A stretch of 64,000 nt of DNA from Microthyrium microscopicum. Lineage: Eukaryota. Below the pieces are notes generated by a model. It was not told the DNA's origin, did no database searches, and worked only from the letters and a program-made list of their open reading frames with translations. The DNA lies in NCBI GenBank assembly GCA_010405405.1, contig MU004243.1:801340-865339 (forward strand), given 5' to 3'. The position numbers and the translations under genes were made by a program. Each line of letters starts with the position of its first letter. Position 1 is the first letter of the stretch. This document shows positions 24,383 through 38,100 of this stretch, piece after piece.

Positions 24383-24994
24383 TCAAACACGAATTGGACG
24401 GGCTAAGGCCCACTGATTGGGAGCTCCTTTAGCACCATCTTCATTCGTAGAGATTGTGAACGGAAGCTCTCCGTTTGACGTTTTAAACCATATGGGAGGA
24501 GGGTAGGCAGTAGTGTTCCGATATCCAGTGTAGCGCACTACTCCGTTCTCTGCAGGTGATTCGAACCAGAATGGAAGTTGTGTTTCGTCGTCGGTTGTCG
24601 GGCAGTCGTCTAATATAAAATCCAAGGTTGCATCGCGATGGCGCAAACATTTGCCCGAATCTGCATGCCGAACATGTCCAAAGAACTCAGCGGCGAAGCC
24701 TTCAGTTATAGGCTCTCCCTGAATATAGCCAGTAGATGGAGCGTCGCACTTTTCGAACTGGAAGAGAGCTTGAGTATCGCGCGTAGCGATTGCGGTCAAT
24801 AGTCCAGTTTCCGATTCTATTTGAACGCCATAAAGTGGGCTGCTGTGCCCACTGAGTTTAAAGTAAAATTCGTCAGGAGGACCGAAGGTTGTGCAAGATG
24901 CAGTTGGAGTATCGCGCGTCAGAAGCGGAGATGTACTTGCGATGTTACCACAGGCCACGAACAATGACAAGGACAGGGTTTAGATAAGGACCAT
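24383..24994 (-). pseudogene. Small secreted Cys-containing protein with a premature stop at codon 5
   Basis: ATG GTC CTT ATC TAA ACC CTG TCC TTG TCA TTG...: the in-frame ATG at 24994 begins a signal-peptide-like stretch interrupted by TAA at 24980-24982. The downstream 195 codons are open. Confidence 0.6.
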
Positions 24995-25743
24995 TTCTGT
25001 AGTAGTGATTGAAATTAAAATAAACGAACGTGAGGTGGAACTCAAGGTCTGAGCAAAGGGAAAGAATACTGCGAATGGTGGTTTTTCGGCCAAACTTTGT
25101 CAATGCCGATGCTCATTGACATTTAAAACCAAAAAGGCAGTCTATTTGTAGCATACTGCTCTCGTATACTTCCCTCAGGAGAATAGGATTTTGATGCAAC
25201 GTTACCGTTGACAGCCTCAACTGTGGCCAATCAAAGGAATCAAAGAGCCTTACATCACTTAATCGTAGCTTACAAGTCAGGTTATACACGAGAACTGGCG
25301 CAGTTAATTTGGTATGAGATCTACAAATATCGAATCCTGGCGTGCTTGGCTGGCCGATCTGTAGCTGGGGTATCGTACCTACTTCTCTCATGGATGCAGC
25401 AGTTCATGGAAGTGCGAGAGCGAAAGAGACACAAACTCCATAAATATCGAAATACTGAAGAATGTAGGAGCTCAAATGGTTGCCAATTAGCCCAACTCTT
25501 GAAAGGACCACCAGCCAGCCATACGTGATCAGAGCAACAATGGCGAGATTCAACTATCGTAAATGTGCCGAACTACCTCGACCTAGAAGCAATAAAGATT
25601 ACTCCGGAGAACAAAAAAATCGACAGTAACATCCGAGAGAATGATTTTTTCTCGAAGAGGAGAGTATGAACGATATATAGCCTTCAAGTTTCTATGTGAA
25701 TTGGCGTGGCCTCTTATTACTTCAGAACGGTGTAGTTGGCAGA

Positions 25744-27514
25744 CTATTCGCCGTCATAAGAGACCACTATGACACCATCTTCTTGAAAACTAGACGTATC
25801 CCAACCATTGCCAATATCATATTCATCTGCCGTCGTTGTGCCGTGAAGCGTTTCATAATGCTCCATTTCTCCACAAGCTCCATCTCCCGGCCCTTCATTT
25901 GTGCACTCTGCACCAAGAAGGCCAGCTAAGCGACCACCAATATCGCGTCCCTCAAACCACGCACCCTGCATGTACCCGAAATATGATGAGCTTGTATGCT
26001 CACCCGCAAACCACAGTCGATCAACATTGGCGCGTAGATTCTGGTGCATCTCTAAAGTAGTGCCAGGCGGCCAGTTGGAGAAGGAGCCATATGCCCAAGG
26101 TGTCTGTGTCCAGCGTGGATATTGAATGTAGTCTGGAGTGGGAACTTCAATATCAGGGAACATGGAGCGTAAGACTTCCATGACTTCTGCTAGTGTATCC
26201 TCATTTGATTGTCGTTCCACTCGATAAGACTCACGGTTGACCACCGTCACAAAGAGAATGCCGGAGCCAGGAAAGAAGCCTTCTGTATCAAGTGACTGCC
26301 AGATGGGGTACCAGCCACGTTGAATAGGATCGGCATAGAGGAAAAATTGTATGTCTGCAAGCGCCGAGTCATTTCCCCAAAACTTGTAAGGAAATTGCAA
26401 AAATATCTTGGTGTATGTGCCCATCTGAAACATTTCAATCGCCGTGTGCTTCCAATCTGGCAGAGCTGGCTCGAATGTCACAACGTCGTGTTGGAGGACG
26501 CCAATAGAGAAGGTGCACACTGCGTAGTCGGCTTCAATACAGCTTCCGTCCTCGTTCACCACAATGACCCCTTGATCCGAGTAGCTAATGTTTGTGACTA
26601 TCGTGTTGAGCATAAGTCGCGGGTCATCTTCACTGAGATATAAAGATGCTTCTCCTTTGATCCATGTGTTGTGTCCTCTCTGGTCAATAATGAAATTGTT
26701 CTCGTCACTGTACTGCTTGAATGTAAAGTTGGAAACTGCTGCTCCAAATACCAAAGAACTTTCAGCAGGTGTGTAGGATTGTTCTCCGTCTTGATACTAT
26801 TAGCGAGACGTTGGAAAAGAAGTGATAGTCATGCCTACCCCAGACGAACCACTCCACCGCATCTGCCGCCCTTGGGTTTGGTCTTTGCTCAGGTTTCCAT
26901 CCCACCAGACTCAGCCCTTCCCTGACAGTTCTGTCTTGAAGGTTGTTTAGAAGAATCTCCCCTGCTTCTGCGTCCAACTTATCCATGATAGCTTCGAAAG
27001 CTGCGAGCTCGTCGAGAAAATCGAAGGCGCCACTCTCATTGTATGTCAAGAACTTGTCGAAATCAGAAGGTGTGTTACTGATATTCCACTTCTTCTCGAA
27101 AGTCCAGATTGGATTCTCAGGCCCTCCCGGCGAACCAAGTCCTTGTGCCCAATTGGCACCATATTCCACTATAAAAGGCGCTTCATCTGGACCTTTGCCA
27201 AAGTCTGCGTTGTGAACACGACCGCCAATTGTGTCTTGATATTCGACAATCACAAAATCTGAGATTGACTGATTATGCAGAGCTTGCTGGACAGGAATTA
27301 GCTTGAATCTTTCAGAACTTATGTCAGAATAACTTACAGCAGTAGTAATACCTGCAATTCCCGCTCCCAAGATTGCGACCTTTGTTCGCGTGCATGTATG
27401 CCCATTGTAACTTTGTCTTTTCACTGGCAAAGGTGGAATGGCGACTGCAGATACAGTATGCGCCGTTGCCAACAGTATCGCCGCCGTAGTCAAGCGAGAA
27501 GACAAATATCGCAT
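25744..27514 (-). CDS. Secreted flavin-containing polyamine oxidase (amine oxidase family), 2 introns
   Basis: Signal peptide and KR propeptide, GAGIAG FAD-binding motif, IGGRV, VEYGANW, YTKIFLQFP, YGSFSNWP, WFAGEHT...GYMQGAWFEG. Confidence 0.93.
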
Positions 27515-29515
27515 TTTATTGGGGCTGAGACGGGATAGCTCAGATGTAACAGTGACGACCAAAGTTGGATGTAGATGATAATTGAGCACATGAGTGAATT
27601 TCACCCCTCAAGTATATATACCAAGAAGTTCAGAATGGGCCAGGCCATCGCGAGTAACGAAGCTTGTCCAGACCTAACTGTGTAATCCAATCGAAAGCAC
27701 AATTTACTAGCGAAATTCGTAGAACATGGCAATTGAGGGACAGTGTGACCTTGCGCGTGCTCTTTGAGACCAATCGGTATCCAGCCAGTCCTCGGCTGAG
27801 GACAGCTTTCGCGACGTCTCTGACTAGCCATTTCGGATACGGTATGTGCTTTTCTTGCAGAGCTCGCGTAGTGATACTGCGAACTTTGGCATGTTGATGT
27901 AGATGTAGATGGGAGGAAGTCGGACTCAAGATGCTGCACTAGGCTGAAAGTAGAGTAGCCTTGAAATAGTGGAGACAAGCCGCTTCTATACATAGCCCCT
28001 AAAAACTTAACCTCAACGCCCCACTCAAGATCAGAACCAAATTGATTTAGACAGCCACAAATCTTCATTCTCTCTAGGATATATCGACTCTTTAAGACCT
28101 AAAGCCTGCCGGCATTCTGTAGACGCAAGGCCTGGCCCAAACTTAGTGCGCATCGTCGTCGTTTTGAATGCACAATGCAGATGTCTCTACCCACAGCCAC
28201 ATAACCAACACATCGCCAAAAACAAGAAGGCTCTCCAGAACAAAATCTTCGGTACCAGGGCCCTTAATAGTTAGTATAAGTAGGCAAGCACAAGTACTTT
28301 TTAGCAGCTCACGTCCAGGCGAATCTTTCGTACGATCTACATTGAAGGTACCTACCTAACCTAGTATTCATAGGGTAACAGTCCTTTTGGGTTAATAAAT
28401 TAACCCACTGGCTTCAATGAACATATCACAAAGTGCATTTGGGTAACGTACTGGTCGACGTTCGATTTTGCGGCCCAAAAATTCAACAACAACCGCGACT
28501 TCTTACTTCCCCAGGCCAAACTAGGCACGATCGGATACGGAAGAAAGTATTACAGCTTCACCGCTTTAGACTGCAGCTCTAGTGCGGAGACTCGATGCCG
28601 CAAATAATGAACCCACTACTTTGGATAACCGGACCAAAGTAATGTTTGCCAAGAGGAAACACATTCGCAATCTGACAGCTGAGCGGTCACCCCTCATCTA
28701 CATGGGCATTACTGGTAAATGTATTGTATAGTCTGAAAGCTTTTCGGAACTATCAAAAGAGTTGTCGCCATCATTGCTTGATATCGAGAGATCATACTAT
28801 ATATTACGCCTATCATGAACAGTTCTATCCAATGCCACAGATTATCCGCCCTAGTTTATGCCAGGCGACAGCTTGGTACAAGCGATGCTTAATCTTGAGC
28901 TAAGCAACAACTAATGCAAGATCTTGATGCAGCCAAGAGAATCTATGGTCGCGTGGGTGCGATCTCTACTTTGGGGTAGCTTCCACGATCTTTGTCAACG
29001 TCCAGTTACACCTCCGATTCTGGCCGCGGTAATCACTCTGTCTGGCCTTATTTGGGCTTACTGGAGACTTTGTTTTTTGTGAGATAGTTGGTTTCTGCAC
29101 AGCACACCTTCAAAGCTGAATTCAATTGACATAGGGAGTACACACGAGCCGACTAAGATGCAAATCATTTGGGCCGTTTTGAATCTCTCTTCAAAGTCAA
29201 AGAGCTGGATTGGCTTGGTATTCCAGTGCTTGTCCAGGTAAAGCAGCCAGAAGTTGGAGTCAAGCTTAGTTGCGTCCTTATTGAGCACCCGGATATGCTC
29301 AGTTGTCCAAATCATTGATCACTTCTTAATAACAAACATTATAGTATCAAGACAGGAAAATGGTGGCAGCTGCGCTGAAATAATACTTGGTCTAGAAAGC
29401 GTCAAAGTCGTGTGGTCCAAAAATTTGGAGATTTCGGTAACTTCACTTAACGCCTTGCTGAGACATTCCTGCTGAGATGGATAGCTCGCGGACCGAGTTA
29501 TTTTTTAAGCGAGCA

Positions 29516-32500
29516 TCATCGCCTGTCATGAATCTTTTCATGCCTCTTTCGGTCATTGTCTCGTGTGAATGCTCGTCCACATTCTGTGCAGGCAAAGGGC
29601 TTCTCGCCATTGTGGCTCCTCATGTGAGCATCCTAGAAGTTGTCAGGAACCAAAGGTATATATTTACCTTCGATCTTAATCGTGACAGAATTTTGCTAGG
29701 GTGAGATTTTACCTTGTGCAACTTGCGACTGAAGCTTTTAGCACAGAGAGGACAGATGTGTCTGGACTGTGGTGTTTCTGGCTTCGGCTTGAGCTTGAAA
29801 ACTTCTGACAGGTCCATTTGATCTGGATGATAATCTCTCACATGCTTCTCCAGTTCTTTATTCGAGGTAAATCCAAAATCCGAAAAAGTACAATCCGGAA
29901 CTTCACAGTTCCATGGTCTTCGATGTTTGTCGACATGCTGATCTCGTGCTTTCGCATTGTTGAATCCTTCGTAGAAGTTGAGGCAGTTGATGAACGAGCA
30001 TTTGAATCGTTTGAGACCATAATACTGCCTTAACGCTTTCCCTTCGTCAGTGTATCTTGTAAAACTGTCTGATAGCTTCTCTACGAGCTTTCGGTTCCGC
30101 TGCAAAGCTTTGTTGAGCGATTCAAAACACACTTCATTTCGGGGTATTTGGCCCTTCTCCATGTGTCTCGAAACATGGCTCATGATCAATGTCAAGTCAG
30201 GGTAAACCTCCTCATCTGCGAGATGTGCAAAATCTCTTTTCACACCATGGTGTAAGGTCTGGTCTGGGATATCATCTTGGTAACGCAGCACGAAAGGTGA
30301 CAGTGAGTCGCAAAGTGCCTCCAGGGCCGTCAGGTTGCCTTGGACTTTAAATCCTTCCTTTGAAAGGACTGATGCCAAGGCACTCAGATGCTGAAACCAT
30401 TTCGATACCGCATATTCTTGCATAGCCAACCATCCGGTCATGACGGATACTTGGACCTTGTCATCATCGTGCTTCGAGTCGAAAAAGTCCATGCAGAGAT
30501 ACCTTAGGCAGAGAGTTGCCAGTTGACATTCTACGTCCAGTTCCATAATGTATCGTGTCTGGACAAGATAACTTCTAGTATGTCAGCAAAGTCTATGAGC
30601 AAGGGCAGGAGTGCAGCGTGCAACCGGGCCGTATTGTGCACAAGTTCCAATCTTTCTCCTGGAAGCTCCCGAATCAAGATTCCACATTTTTTTGCTAGCT
30701 GTCCTATGGACCCTATTGCTTCGCTGCAATGGAGGTTCTCATGCTCATCAGTCAAATCTAATCCAAAAGCACACTGAAGTTCATATCTCTTCAGTGGGCG
30801 TTTGGCACAGATCATCCATCCAAGAAGTCTTGTGATTTGGCTCCAGACTCTGGAAGTATGCTTCCACTGTCGCTCAAGACGACTCAAGATTCTCTCATAC
30901 CTGGAATGAACTCAGTGACTTTATGACAGTAATAACCAATGGGGATCAATTTGCAGGGGACGTACGCATCTGCAAGTTTAGAGGGAAACTTATCATCGTC
31001 TAGCTCTGCTACCACGTTGATTTTGCAATCTTGTGCATCAAGATTTTCTAGGACTAACGTCGCGTAGAGAAACATACCTGCAACATGTCAGCCCATATAT
31101 TCCAGAGCCATTTTCAAATGTAGATGTATACCATTCGCTCTTGTAGACACGAGTTTTTTGATACACTCTGATTGCTGGATTTCGAGATCGAATTTAGCCT
31201 CAATTCGACCCACGCGCTCGTTGACGAAAGATTCAATCTCCTCTTTGTTATCTTTCTGCTGGATGGCAAGATTTTGGATGGAGAAGCTAGGCCGTTTTTG
31301 AGAACTCTTATGTAGTGCCTCAGCAATATCTGGTTCACACTGGCTGGCAATGAGCAAACGAAAACTTCCAGGCTGCTCTTCCATGTGCTCTACAACTTCA
31401 GCCAGAAATGATAGCAAAAGCTTTCGTTCCTTCGAGGGGGACTCATCCAGGCCATCTATCATAACAAAATGCTTTGAGATTCTTTCGCAAGAGATTCTAA
31501 ACAGACCTTCGGCAAGCTGATGAGATTTTAAAGTTTCTTGGCCACTCGAGTTGATCTTGCTGAAGAAAAAAGGTACTAGGCTTCGTTCCTGGCTTACCAT
31601 ATGAACCAATAGGCCAGTAAGAATTGAAAGGTAGCTCGTTCTGTTGGGGTCAGATGCATTGCAGTAAAAGAACGAGGTTTTAAACTCCACTCTCTTCTGG
31701 CACTCTTCAACGATCCGAGATACTAATATTGTTTTGCCTAGAAGCAACAGATTAGCGCCACTTTCGAGGACTATTGATATAAGTACTTGATCAGCTCACC
31801 TGCTCCTGGTATTCCATGCAACCACACTACGGGATTGGATGGTGTATCGTCTTCCATCCAGCTAAGGATTCTTTGATCACGCATTATCCAGTCGCCGCTG
31901 CCAGGATTGTTCTTCCTGACGCCACAGAAATATTCGTGGTCCGAAATCTGGACGTAGGTCTGCTTCTGCATACCTTTATCATCCGCGGGCCGCGGAATAG
32001 TCAACCATTCCAACACCCGCCGGTACTTTTTATACATCTGATCTTCCTCATCCTTGTGTAGTGTCATGAGTACCGTCTCTCTTTCCAACTCATAAGTGTT
32101 GAGTTTCTCCAAAAGCTGCAAGCTGATATCTGATCTACTATCGGCGTCTACCAGTCGGGAGAGTAACTCGGTCGAGTTATTGTGACGTTGTAGGTTTCCT
32201 AGAATTCCTTGAAACCTACAGTCTCTGAATTGCTTCCAATTTGCTTTGAAGAGCTGCTTCCAACCGCGGTAAGAAAATAGACGCTGGGCCTTGATGTGAA
32301 ATTCGAGTATGTCCGCGTAGAGCCAGCATGTTACTCGATGCATGATAGGGTAATTGTTGAAAAGATCCTCTTTTCCCGGTAAGAATGACAGCTTTTCACC
32401 AATGTCCTCATATGCGCTCAGCAGCGCATCAAAAATTTCTGAGATGTGACTAGCTTTCTGTCTTTCTTTTCAGTTCTTTTATTACCCACCATCATAATGC

Positions 32501-33569
32501 TACAAGGTGGAGTTGTACTCACCACAATCATGTCCTTCATGGTACCCCATATACATGTTGCGAGGTCCTCAAAGCCAGATAGACTCGTGGTTATCTTCAT
32601 AAAGACGTCCATGCCTTTAAAAAAGTTCTCCAGACGGGCAAGCCTCATTAGTGTCTTCTTGCCTTCTTGTTCTCGCTGCAATTGAAGAATTGTTTGCTTG
32701 ACATTCTTATATGTGATTTTACGAAATGCTGTGTGCTCTTGATATGAGACCATACTCATTAGATTGCTGTTTATCTTTTGTATCGCGGTCATGACCTGGC
32801 TTAGATCGATTTGGATTTTTCGATGATGTGCAGGGTAGTTTTGTTTGATTTCCCTGAGCAAACGTTCATTGGCATGCTCTCTGCCTTCGCCGTAGTTCAT
32901 AGGCAATGAGACTCCCATGATGCCCATTAGCGAGTAAGCCATGTCTTCTCCACGTCTAGTTCGTCTGGTTCCTACCCACTGGAATTTATGTATAGGGTCA
33001 TAGTCTGATAAGGATCCGCCTTTTAAGATACCGACAGGAAGACCAGTTGCCTCACATATCAAGTCACTCAAAGAATGTCTGTCGCCAAGGAGTATGCCTT
33101 CGACCGAAAAGAACTGCACGGTACTGGGAGCAATAAGTTCTTGAAGTGTCCAGCCTCTGGTGAACCATCTGCTTCGTAGAAATGCCTTCTCCCATGGTTG
33201 ACCACGTTTCGCGTGGCCTTTATCGCTGCCATATTCCACGTCTGTTAGAGATACATAGCATACTTTGGCTTCCTGATACCATCGAAACATTGAAGTGATA
33301 GCCTCGCTTAATTCGACCAAGTTCTCTTTCTGAATACAACAAGTGTCTATCCAAAAGAATTCAAGATTATCAATTGAAGCTTGTTGGGCGCAGAAGCTGA
33401 TCTTGTCGTACCCGGGCTTTTTCTTTCCTGTGCCGTCCTTAACATCTCTGTATGTAACTTCATCGTCATCGTCGCCCCAAGTGTGTGAAAGGATAGCATA
33501 AGGCGGTCTATCTTTCTCTTCGTACGTACACAAATTTGCTCTGCCGTGGTGGTAGTCAAGAAGATGCAT
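29516..33569 (-). CDS. NLR-like STAND protein: HET domain + helical N-terminal domain + NACHT + winged helix + four C2H2 zinc fingers (multi-exon)
   Basis: HET motifs [29 protein letters not shown] and [13 protein letters not shown]. Helical domain [21 protein letters not shown]. Walker [12 protein letters not shown] (split by an intron at ~31738-31799), Walker [30 protein letters not shown]. Zinc fingers CSFINC..H..H, CEVPDC..H..H, CPLC..(intron 29633-29712)..HMRSH, linker [27 protein letters not shown]. Stop at 29516-29518. Confidence 0.88.
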
Positions 33570-33928
33570 AGCTTGGATGCTTTGTCTCCATCAAGGTTCC
33601 AATCTGAGCAAGGTGATGTGAAGGAAGAGAAGCAGTCATGTAGACCTCTGATGATGTCTGACCATGCTACGAGCTGCAATGAAAAGTACCATAGCGCGCG
33701 ACGGGGGGTAATGGAAATGGTGTTATGAGGATGTTTTCATAATTTCCAATAATGTTTAGCAAAAACATAGCACTTCTCGGGAGAGGGAGAGAAATTATAG
33801 ATTAGTTTAGAGTTATTATTTTCCTAATAAGGCCTATTTTTAGGCTAAAAATAATGTATCTTAGAAAAACGCTCTTTATACCCTCTAAAAAAAGTGGTAA
33901 TGTAGGTCAAAACCGGCATCACTTTATC

Positions 33929-34232
33929 TTTTTTTTTTTTTTTTTTTTTTTTTACATTTCTTACATTCGAACTGCGAATTAGGCTAGCACGGTATTATAT
34001 TACGACGAGAGTTACGGGTCTATAATTCTACTACGATCGTGATTTACTAAGGAGAATTGCCTGTTTGTTGTATATATGGCAGGTACGGTAAGGTCTTAGC
34101 AGTCCTTATGTTTACTCCTTCCAAAATGCCTTTCGTAGCTTCTTCCTTTTATGCTAAAGATGCTTAAAGTAGAAGAAGATAGACTTTAGCTAAACATAGG
34201 TAAAAATAACGCTAGATAAACAAATAGATCTC
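33929..34232 (-). mobile_element. Probable 3' remnant of a non-LTR retroelement (poly-A tailed), RIP-degraded
   Basis: T25 run at 33929-33953 (poly-A on the minus strand) adjoins AT/TpA-rich sequence with stop-riddled frames. No TSD was identified and the boundary is approximate. Confidence 0.4.
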
Positions 34233-35138
34233 GTCACGAAGTCTTCATAATAACTTCATAGCCTGTAGAAACATCGCTGGCAATGATTTCTATTACCCCC
34301 CCTACCACGCTAAGGTAGGTAGTCTCAAAGTCCAAGATGGTAGGTAGGCCGATACTAGAATCGGAGCGAGAACAAGGAACTAGTACCATTCGCGGTGTTC
34401 AATCCGGGAGCTCACCGTGTTCAGCTTATTACGTTACTATGTAGCGTCCTCAGCCTCAATCAGCATTCAACACCCCGGTATGTTTGTCCTTGGCCTCCGC
34501 AAGGCATAACCCTGAGACTGCAGCGCAAGCCTGCCCGTGCGACCTACTGGCAAGAGAGTCATTTCCGGTCAAACCAAGCCACACGGCTGCAAGAATACTT
34601 GGTAGGTGGATCAAAGTAAGGCAGCAAATGATTGTTGCGCGCACATGCACAAGCGGGGCATGGTACGTTACCGTATTCCTTGACATCGGCTAGAAAAAGC
34701 AAAGCACATGAAGCTGAAATGAATCTTTTCGAATCCTCTCAGAGAGCGCATAGCGTCTTCGACTACCTTCAGCAAGGCTGCTGGTCAAGCCATGTTCTTT
34801 CATGAATTCCAGTCAGTGCATGCTCACCTGATATACCGGATTGCCAACTGGGATATGCTCAGCCTCCGTCTCCACGCCCCTTGAAACTACCTAGCTAAAA
34901 GATACATGGGCAGGACTTCCGGGCTCTGAGATGAGTAGCGACTCGACAAAACACCCTTACGTCAGTAGAACTTCTTGGGTTTCGATTTCAGACTTGAGTT
35001 GTTAGTTACTCCTCATGAAGCTCCAGGTTAGACCCTCACCCATGTTAGTCTATTATGAGCCGTCATAGTCAGCCCAGTCTTGGAAGAGTGCTAGTAGATT
35101 CAAATTTCTAGCGCCAATATCAATTGTTGATAGCAGAT

Positions 35139-38100
35139 ATGACTTCGCTAAAGAGAATTCTGAATGATGAGGATGATGAGCCAAGGGCAGACGCGGAACG
35201 ATACGAGCACAGCTCCAAGGTCCATCGGTTCACGGATGCAGACATGTACAATCAATCTCCATCTCTGGAGCCATACACAAGGTGAGTAGCGCTTGAGACA
35301 TACTTCTAGTGACCAAACTGACTGAAAGACAGCATAGAAAGCCTTTGGCATGCCCCAGTAGACCATGAAACCTACTATCTCCCCGACACTTGGAACAGTC
35401 AATCAACCGGGCAGTATGATAACAATGGCACCTTGAAAGACATGTCCTTTGGAGCTTTACCGCTCCTGGAAGAATATGTCTTTTCACCAGAGCCAATGCC
35501 GGTTCAGTTTGTCCAGGATTCAACTCCGCACCACGAACAACAGATAAATAATGATTTTGCACCAACGTTTCCAGATAATCATGACCTTGCGCTGTTGGAG
35601 CTGAAGCAATCGCTGCCGGTGGGAGAGTCACCGACATTCACGAATAACTTCAGTGCCAGCGCCTCCACCGTAAACGGCACGCCCGAGGTCCAGAATAACA
35701 AGGATATCTGCTTTGGCATGGTATCGCAAACCACTGTACGTCTGATAGGGGACATGCAACAGCTAGACCATAAGCTTCAGAACACAAAAGGCGCATATGG
35801 ACATGGCTTTACAGGTTTTGGTCTCCAGCAGGCAGATGACGGGATTGCTCTACATTTTTTTGATGACGGCACCTTGTTTGGTTCCACTAATGCGCATTTT
35901 TCACAAGGCTTCGCGAGAGTTCTCAAGGTTTATCCAATCCGACTGGAAGCGATTACTCACATACCCAGCGTAAGGGAACGTATTGGCCGAGCTCAAAAGG
36001 CGACCGATGCAACCGTACGCGTTGATGTCTTCGTGTTCGGTCTAAAGAGTGATGCCTCTATGGTTGGCAAACAGCTCTCTGACGGAAAGATCTGGCTACA
36101 GAAGCCGGACTTCTTGCCTCGTGACAAGGAGTATTTCAATCCTCAAGTCCTAAAGCTCGAGGGGTTTGAAAACATAGAAACAGATCAGCCTGACACGCTC
36201 GATGTCCCATCAGGTCAGAGTGGTCTGGAACGAGATGATGAAGGATTTCAGGATGCAGTCAAAGACGTCTTCGACAAACTTACGCGAATTGAGCAATTGG
36301 AGCGAGTGGACCAAGATCAGCGCGTTAGAACAGAACTTCTCCAGTAGGGCATAGTGACTTAACATGGATTTTTCAAGCTCACTTACATTGTTCTAGGCAT
36401 CAAGAAGAAGGTTTAGGCTTTATGATCCAACGGGAAACAGGACAAATTCCAGACAAATATTTACTGTGGGAAGAGATAAAAGATGGCGACAACATACGGT
36501 GTGTCTTGTTCCCTGGTTTTGAGGAAGGAATCCACTAATATCATCCAGATATCGACATGCTGTCACAGGTGCTGTCTCGCACATCAGGCATCCCGAATCA
36601 GGCGGTGGCGTACTTGCTGATGATATGGGAATGGGCAAGTCCTTGTCGATTCTATCGCTCATAGCAAAAACATCACATTTGGCAGACGAGTGGCTTTACA
36701 ACAGCCAGGAAGGAGCAAGCACAATGAAATGCCATAGCAGGGCGACGTTGATCATTGTCTCATCGGCTCGTAAGATTCACTGGGCATCAGAAATTATACC
36801 ACAATTTTCAAAACTAACTCTAGTAGTGCTGATAAACGAATGGATACATGAAGTCGACAAGTATGTATAGAGTCCCAATATTGGCATTATAGAAGCTTAT
36901 TATGACAAGACATCTTGATGGATCCATCAGTTTCGTTAAATACCACGGCACAAAACGTAGAACGCTGAAAAACAGACTACAGACGGCTGATATTGTCCTC
37001 ACAACATATAATACCTTGGTCCAAGATTTCCATCAAAATGGTCGACGAACACCCCACAGCGTTCTCCACGAAATCAACTTTTTCCGTGTTGTTCTTGATG
37101 AAGGTATGGTTCGATTGAAATGATCATTCAGTTCCCTGACTTCTTATAGCACACATCATTCGTCGCAAAGGTACACTATTCAATAAAGCTGTATCTGAAC
37201 TTTCTGCAAAGTCTCGCTGGTGTCTTACTGGTACACCAATTCAAAATAAATTCGAGGATATAGGTGCTCTTTTTGCATTCATCCGGGCTCGGCCTTTCCA
37301 CAACATTGGCATGTTTCGTCAGTTCATTTCAAATCCTTTTGATGACAGTAAAGAGCGAAGAACCGAAGCCATCAGGCGGCTGGCCACGCTCATCGACGCG
37401 CTTTGCATTCGCCGCACTAAAGATCGCCTTAAATTACCTGAGGCACAAGATTCGCGCGTAGAACTGATCTTCTCGGATGCTGAACAGAGGCAATATACAA
37501 AAGCTGTGGGTGATATGAATAGAAATCTCCGGCAACAAGTCGGCAGCTCAAAAAGCATGCATGACTTTGGACTATTTCAAATCCAACTACAGCTCAGGAT
37601 TTTATGCAATCACGGCACCCATCAAGACCCTTTTGCTTGGAAGCAAAACGCATGGATGGACATGCGCCAGTACGCGTTGACATCGCTGCTAGCCACCAGT
37701 GAGGTCGTCTGCTCTATTTGTAATGAAATCATTCCCGTCACTTCTGCGCAGAACATATATCGTATGCATGGTGATGAATGCAGGCATGCCATTTGCGATG
37801 GATGCTCAGACTTGAAAACTGGTCATCAGCAAAACTTATTTTCATGTCCGATTTGCATGCAAGTCAAGTTACTCAAAGATGTAGAGGAGCGCCCAGCAGC
37901 AAAGAAAATTCTCAACGCCCAATATTTTCGTGAGAATGGATACTCTACCAAAATCACTCAGCTTGTCAAGGATCTTACAAAGAATTTGAATGAGAAGAAA
38001 AGGTAATTCTCATGCAATCAATGAGCAATAAGAATATATGCTGACAGTGGCTAGCATTGTCTTCTCCTGCTGGACAAGGTCTCTCGAATTGATCGGTCGA

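Noticed and set aside
29058..29315. 85-aa minus-strand ORF after the NLR gene
   Set aside because: It lies beyond the spliced stop at 29516, has no recognisable domain and cannot be linked by a convincing intron.
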